A DNA stretch of 63,919 bases, filler included, from Rhabdomonas costata (Eukaryota): the NCBI GenBank assembly GCA_019059605.1. It is 42 parts of 42 records of this genome, joined end to end, with 100 filler letters (N's around TTAATTAATTAA, not from the genome) between each part and the next. Parts side by side here need not be neighbours in the genome. Positions count along the whole stretch, not along the records: positions 60,974 to 62,396 come from JAHMHO010016359.1; positions 62,497 to 63,919 come from JAHMHO010016360.1; 40 more parts are not named here. One strand, given 5' to 3'. Under the pieces are notes generated by a model that was not told the DNA's origin, made no database searches, and was given only the letters and a program-made list of their open reading frames with translations. Positions 61,868 to 63,919 of this stretch are shown piece by piece (position 1 is the first letter of the stretch; each line of letters begins with the position of its first letter). Position numbers and translations under genes: made by a program.

Positions 61868-62244
61868 GCCCGCTGCCACTGCACAACCCGCAGTCGTGGC
61901 ATAGCCTTGGTTGCCTCTGAAGGTTAATTCGAACTTCGGCCTCTGCTTTCCTAATGAAGGGGCCGCACGGCACCTGGACGCCTTCGACTGTAGTGGCAGC
62001 AGCTTTCCCCCTTGGTTACACACAATCTCTCTGGTGGCCTGGGCACGCTCGTCCTTCTCGTCCTTTTTGGATATGTCTTTTCCAAATCTCTGAGCTCTGG
62101 GCTCTTTAGCACAATCTTTCTGAACCTGCACAGCCAACCTTTCCGCCCATTTTCTCCACTCTTCACTCTGTTGCCCGGGCTTCACCTCACCTGTCCCAAC
62201 GTTTTGCATCATCGTGTTTTCTGATTTTGGAAGTGGTGCTCTAA

Positions 62245-62323
62245 TGCTGCTCGTGTGACGGCGGTACGGTCAACCCCCCGTCCTAGTGGGGGTCCGCACT
62301 ATTTGCCTGAAGGGATAGTAGCA
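62245..62323 (+). promoter_or_regulatory. Eukaryotic type II SECIS element with GUGA core
   Basis: Helix I TGCTGCT/AGTAGCA; core GTGAC...TGAA; helix II GGCGGTACGG/CCGCACT(ATTT)GCC; apical AA 12 nt above the core; mini-stem CCCCC/GGGGG. Confidence 0.88.
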
Positions 62324-62973
62324 AGACGGAACACCTTCACACCTATTTTTGTCTGCACAATTCTTTCCACCCCACCCCACCCCGCCCTTTTTTAATNNNN
62401 NNNNNNNNNNNNNNNNNNNNNNNNNNNNNNNNNNNNNNNNTTAATTAATTAANNNNNNNNNNNNNNNNNNNNNNNNNNNNNNNNNNNNNNNNNNNNTATA
62501 TAAAAATGGACTTGTATGGTAGAAGGGTGGGGGGCAGGGGCTCGGAGAACGGAAAATTTCAACTTCACAGTCTGGCGCGCACTTTGAACGGGACGTCCTT
62601 CTCTTGTGCTTCTCTTTCTCTCAAGGTCCCGAGCAACGTCGAGGACTGTCGAACGAGGAACGTCGAGAAAGAGGAGGATGTCGCGTGCCCAGCATGCAAT
62701 GGGCATGGTGGAGCAGGGTGTAAGCTGTGCGAGGCATGTGGATGAGCCTGCGACAACTCACCCCCACCTTTCCTCCAGGAGCACTGTGTCTTCGTCGGTC
62801 TCCTCTCACTCTTCACAACTTTGAAGAAGAGAGGGAGGGAGGGAGAGAACGGTCCCTGCTTTTGGGCTTTCTGTGGGGATGCGTGGAAGGAGATCCGATT
62901 CGAATGGGAGTGTGGGGACGACTTATTAAGTGCCTGAATTGACGAAGGGGAAGAATCTTCTTGCGATTCTCAG

Positions 62974-63919
62974 GTCCTGCGCTGCCTCTTCGCGCTGAGG
63001 CCCCCCAGCGAGGTCTTGGAGGGCGCCAGAAAAATGTTTACCCCCGCATTGGAGGCGGACCCAACCTTCACCACTGATGCGCTGAACCGCCTGCGGGAGC
63101 GCGTGGTTGCCCTGCTGCAGGGCAAGCTATGCCCCAAGCTAAGCATCACAGAAGCGGAGCTGGAACGGTCTCGGCTGGCACTAAAGGTGTTCCAGGTCTC
63201 CCCAGAGCAGTTTGCGGCGCTTCACCTCTTCAGCAATGAGATTCCTTCCACGGAAGCCACCGCACAGCAGCCGAATCCCAAGAAGCCTGACCAGCTTTAT
63301 ACCTTGCTGACCACAGCCCAGCGAGCTGCGATTGGGGCGGACGCCGGTAACCCTGCCCTTGGTATCGTTCGGGCCCTGGCCCCCATCATTGAAGCAATTC
63401 AGAAGTATCTGGAGACAGGCCCCATTCCCAAAATCAATCCGGGGCAGGATGTGCTCTTCCGTGGGGCCAATTACGAAGTCTCTCTGGAGGGTGGAAAGCT
63501 GCCGTGGCAGTGCTTCTCCAGCGCCTCGCTGAGTGCCCACTCTGCTCGAGGCTTCCTGAAGCCGGGTGGGAGCCTCTTCGTAGTGCGGTCAGCTGATGCC
63601 GTGCCGATGTTCTTCCTCAGCGCATACCCGGAAGAGTTGGAGTGCCTGATACCCCCCACGGAGTTCCTGCTGCGCGATGCCCTGCCCGTGTCGTTGCTGC
63701 GGATGATGGGGGTGCAGGGCTCGGTAATGCTTCTGGAGGATCCCAAAGCGGCCCACAGGGCGGCGGCGCAGACCGGGCTTGCGTCGAAACTGCTTCTGCA
63801 CCGCAAGCTGGACTTTCTGTTCGAGCCTCTGCGGCAGAAGTACGTCCCCGTACGAGCCACCCACGACCGCCGACACCATCAGGTCCCCTACGAGCTGCGG
63901 CAAAAGCTTTGTTACAGTG
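62974..63919 (+). CDS. ADP-ribosyltransferase (ARTC, R-S-E clade) domain protein; long exon open to the window end
   Basis: 315 stop-free codons after a CAG acceptor: AALHLFS, QLYTLL...R, VLFRG (R at 63460), WQCFSSAS (63514..63528), ARGF...GSLF, LSAYPEELECL (ExE at 63634..63642). Confidence 0.85.

Noticed and set aside
1420-62496. Regularly spaced TTAATTAATTAA repeats resembling a CRISPR or other array
   Set aside because: They are N-flanked synthetic linkers; ORFs that contain X runs and cross them are artefacts.
7114-63919. Euglenid-type non-conventional introns or spliced-leader RNA genes
   Set aside because: Every junction I could rebuild with confidence is GT-AG, and I saw no spliced-leader, tRNA or rRNA sequence.
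61040-63919. Apparent clustering of TrxR and the ART gene, or of any neighbouring genes, as one system
   Set aside because: They are on different contigs joined by an artificial spacer; no linkage can be inferred.

Overview
This is not one continuous locus. It is 42 unrelated short contigs of about 1.42 kb each (apparently size-sorted), joined by 41 artificial 100-bp spacers (N44-TTAATTAATTAA-N44). Many contig ends are G/T-only at the 5' end and A/C-only at the 3' end, as expected from whole-genome-amplification primers. The DNA is eukaryotic nuclear: GC-rich short exons, GT-AG introns, (CA)n/(GT)n microsatellites. It is probably from a flagellate protist; a euglenid is my tentative guess only. 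The supplied ORF track is mostly noise, so genes were rebuilt by eye from exon fragments. Recognisable fragments: dynein heavy chain, two class III nucleotide cyclases, a NOL1/NOP2/Sun methyltransferase, a hybrid histidine kinase, a TRIP12/UPL3-like HECT ligase, two amino-acid transporters, a class I methyltransferase, an aldo-keto reductase, eIF2-beta, CAND1, RecQ, ankyrin and TBC proteins, and MPP-alpha. The most notable items are all missed by the ORF track. (1) A three-exon 3' end of an animal-type thioredoxin reductase ending Gly-Cys-TGA(Sec)-Gly-TAA, with a GUGA-core type II SECIS about 385 nt downstream. (2) A 315-codon open exon with a complete R-S-E ADP-ribosyltransferase motif set, possibly running into a STAND/NACHT NTPase. 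(3) An AT-rich, hairpin-bearing decayed gene resembling Polinton-like-virus sequence. (4) A Ty3/Gypsy gag relic whose five stops are all TAR. (5) A ~200-bp element shared by two independent contigs, plus several MITE-like inverted repeats. No database searches were run; all assignments rest on motif recognition.
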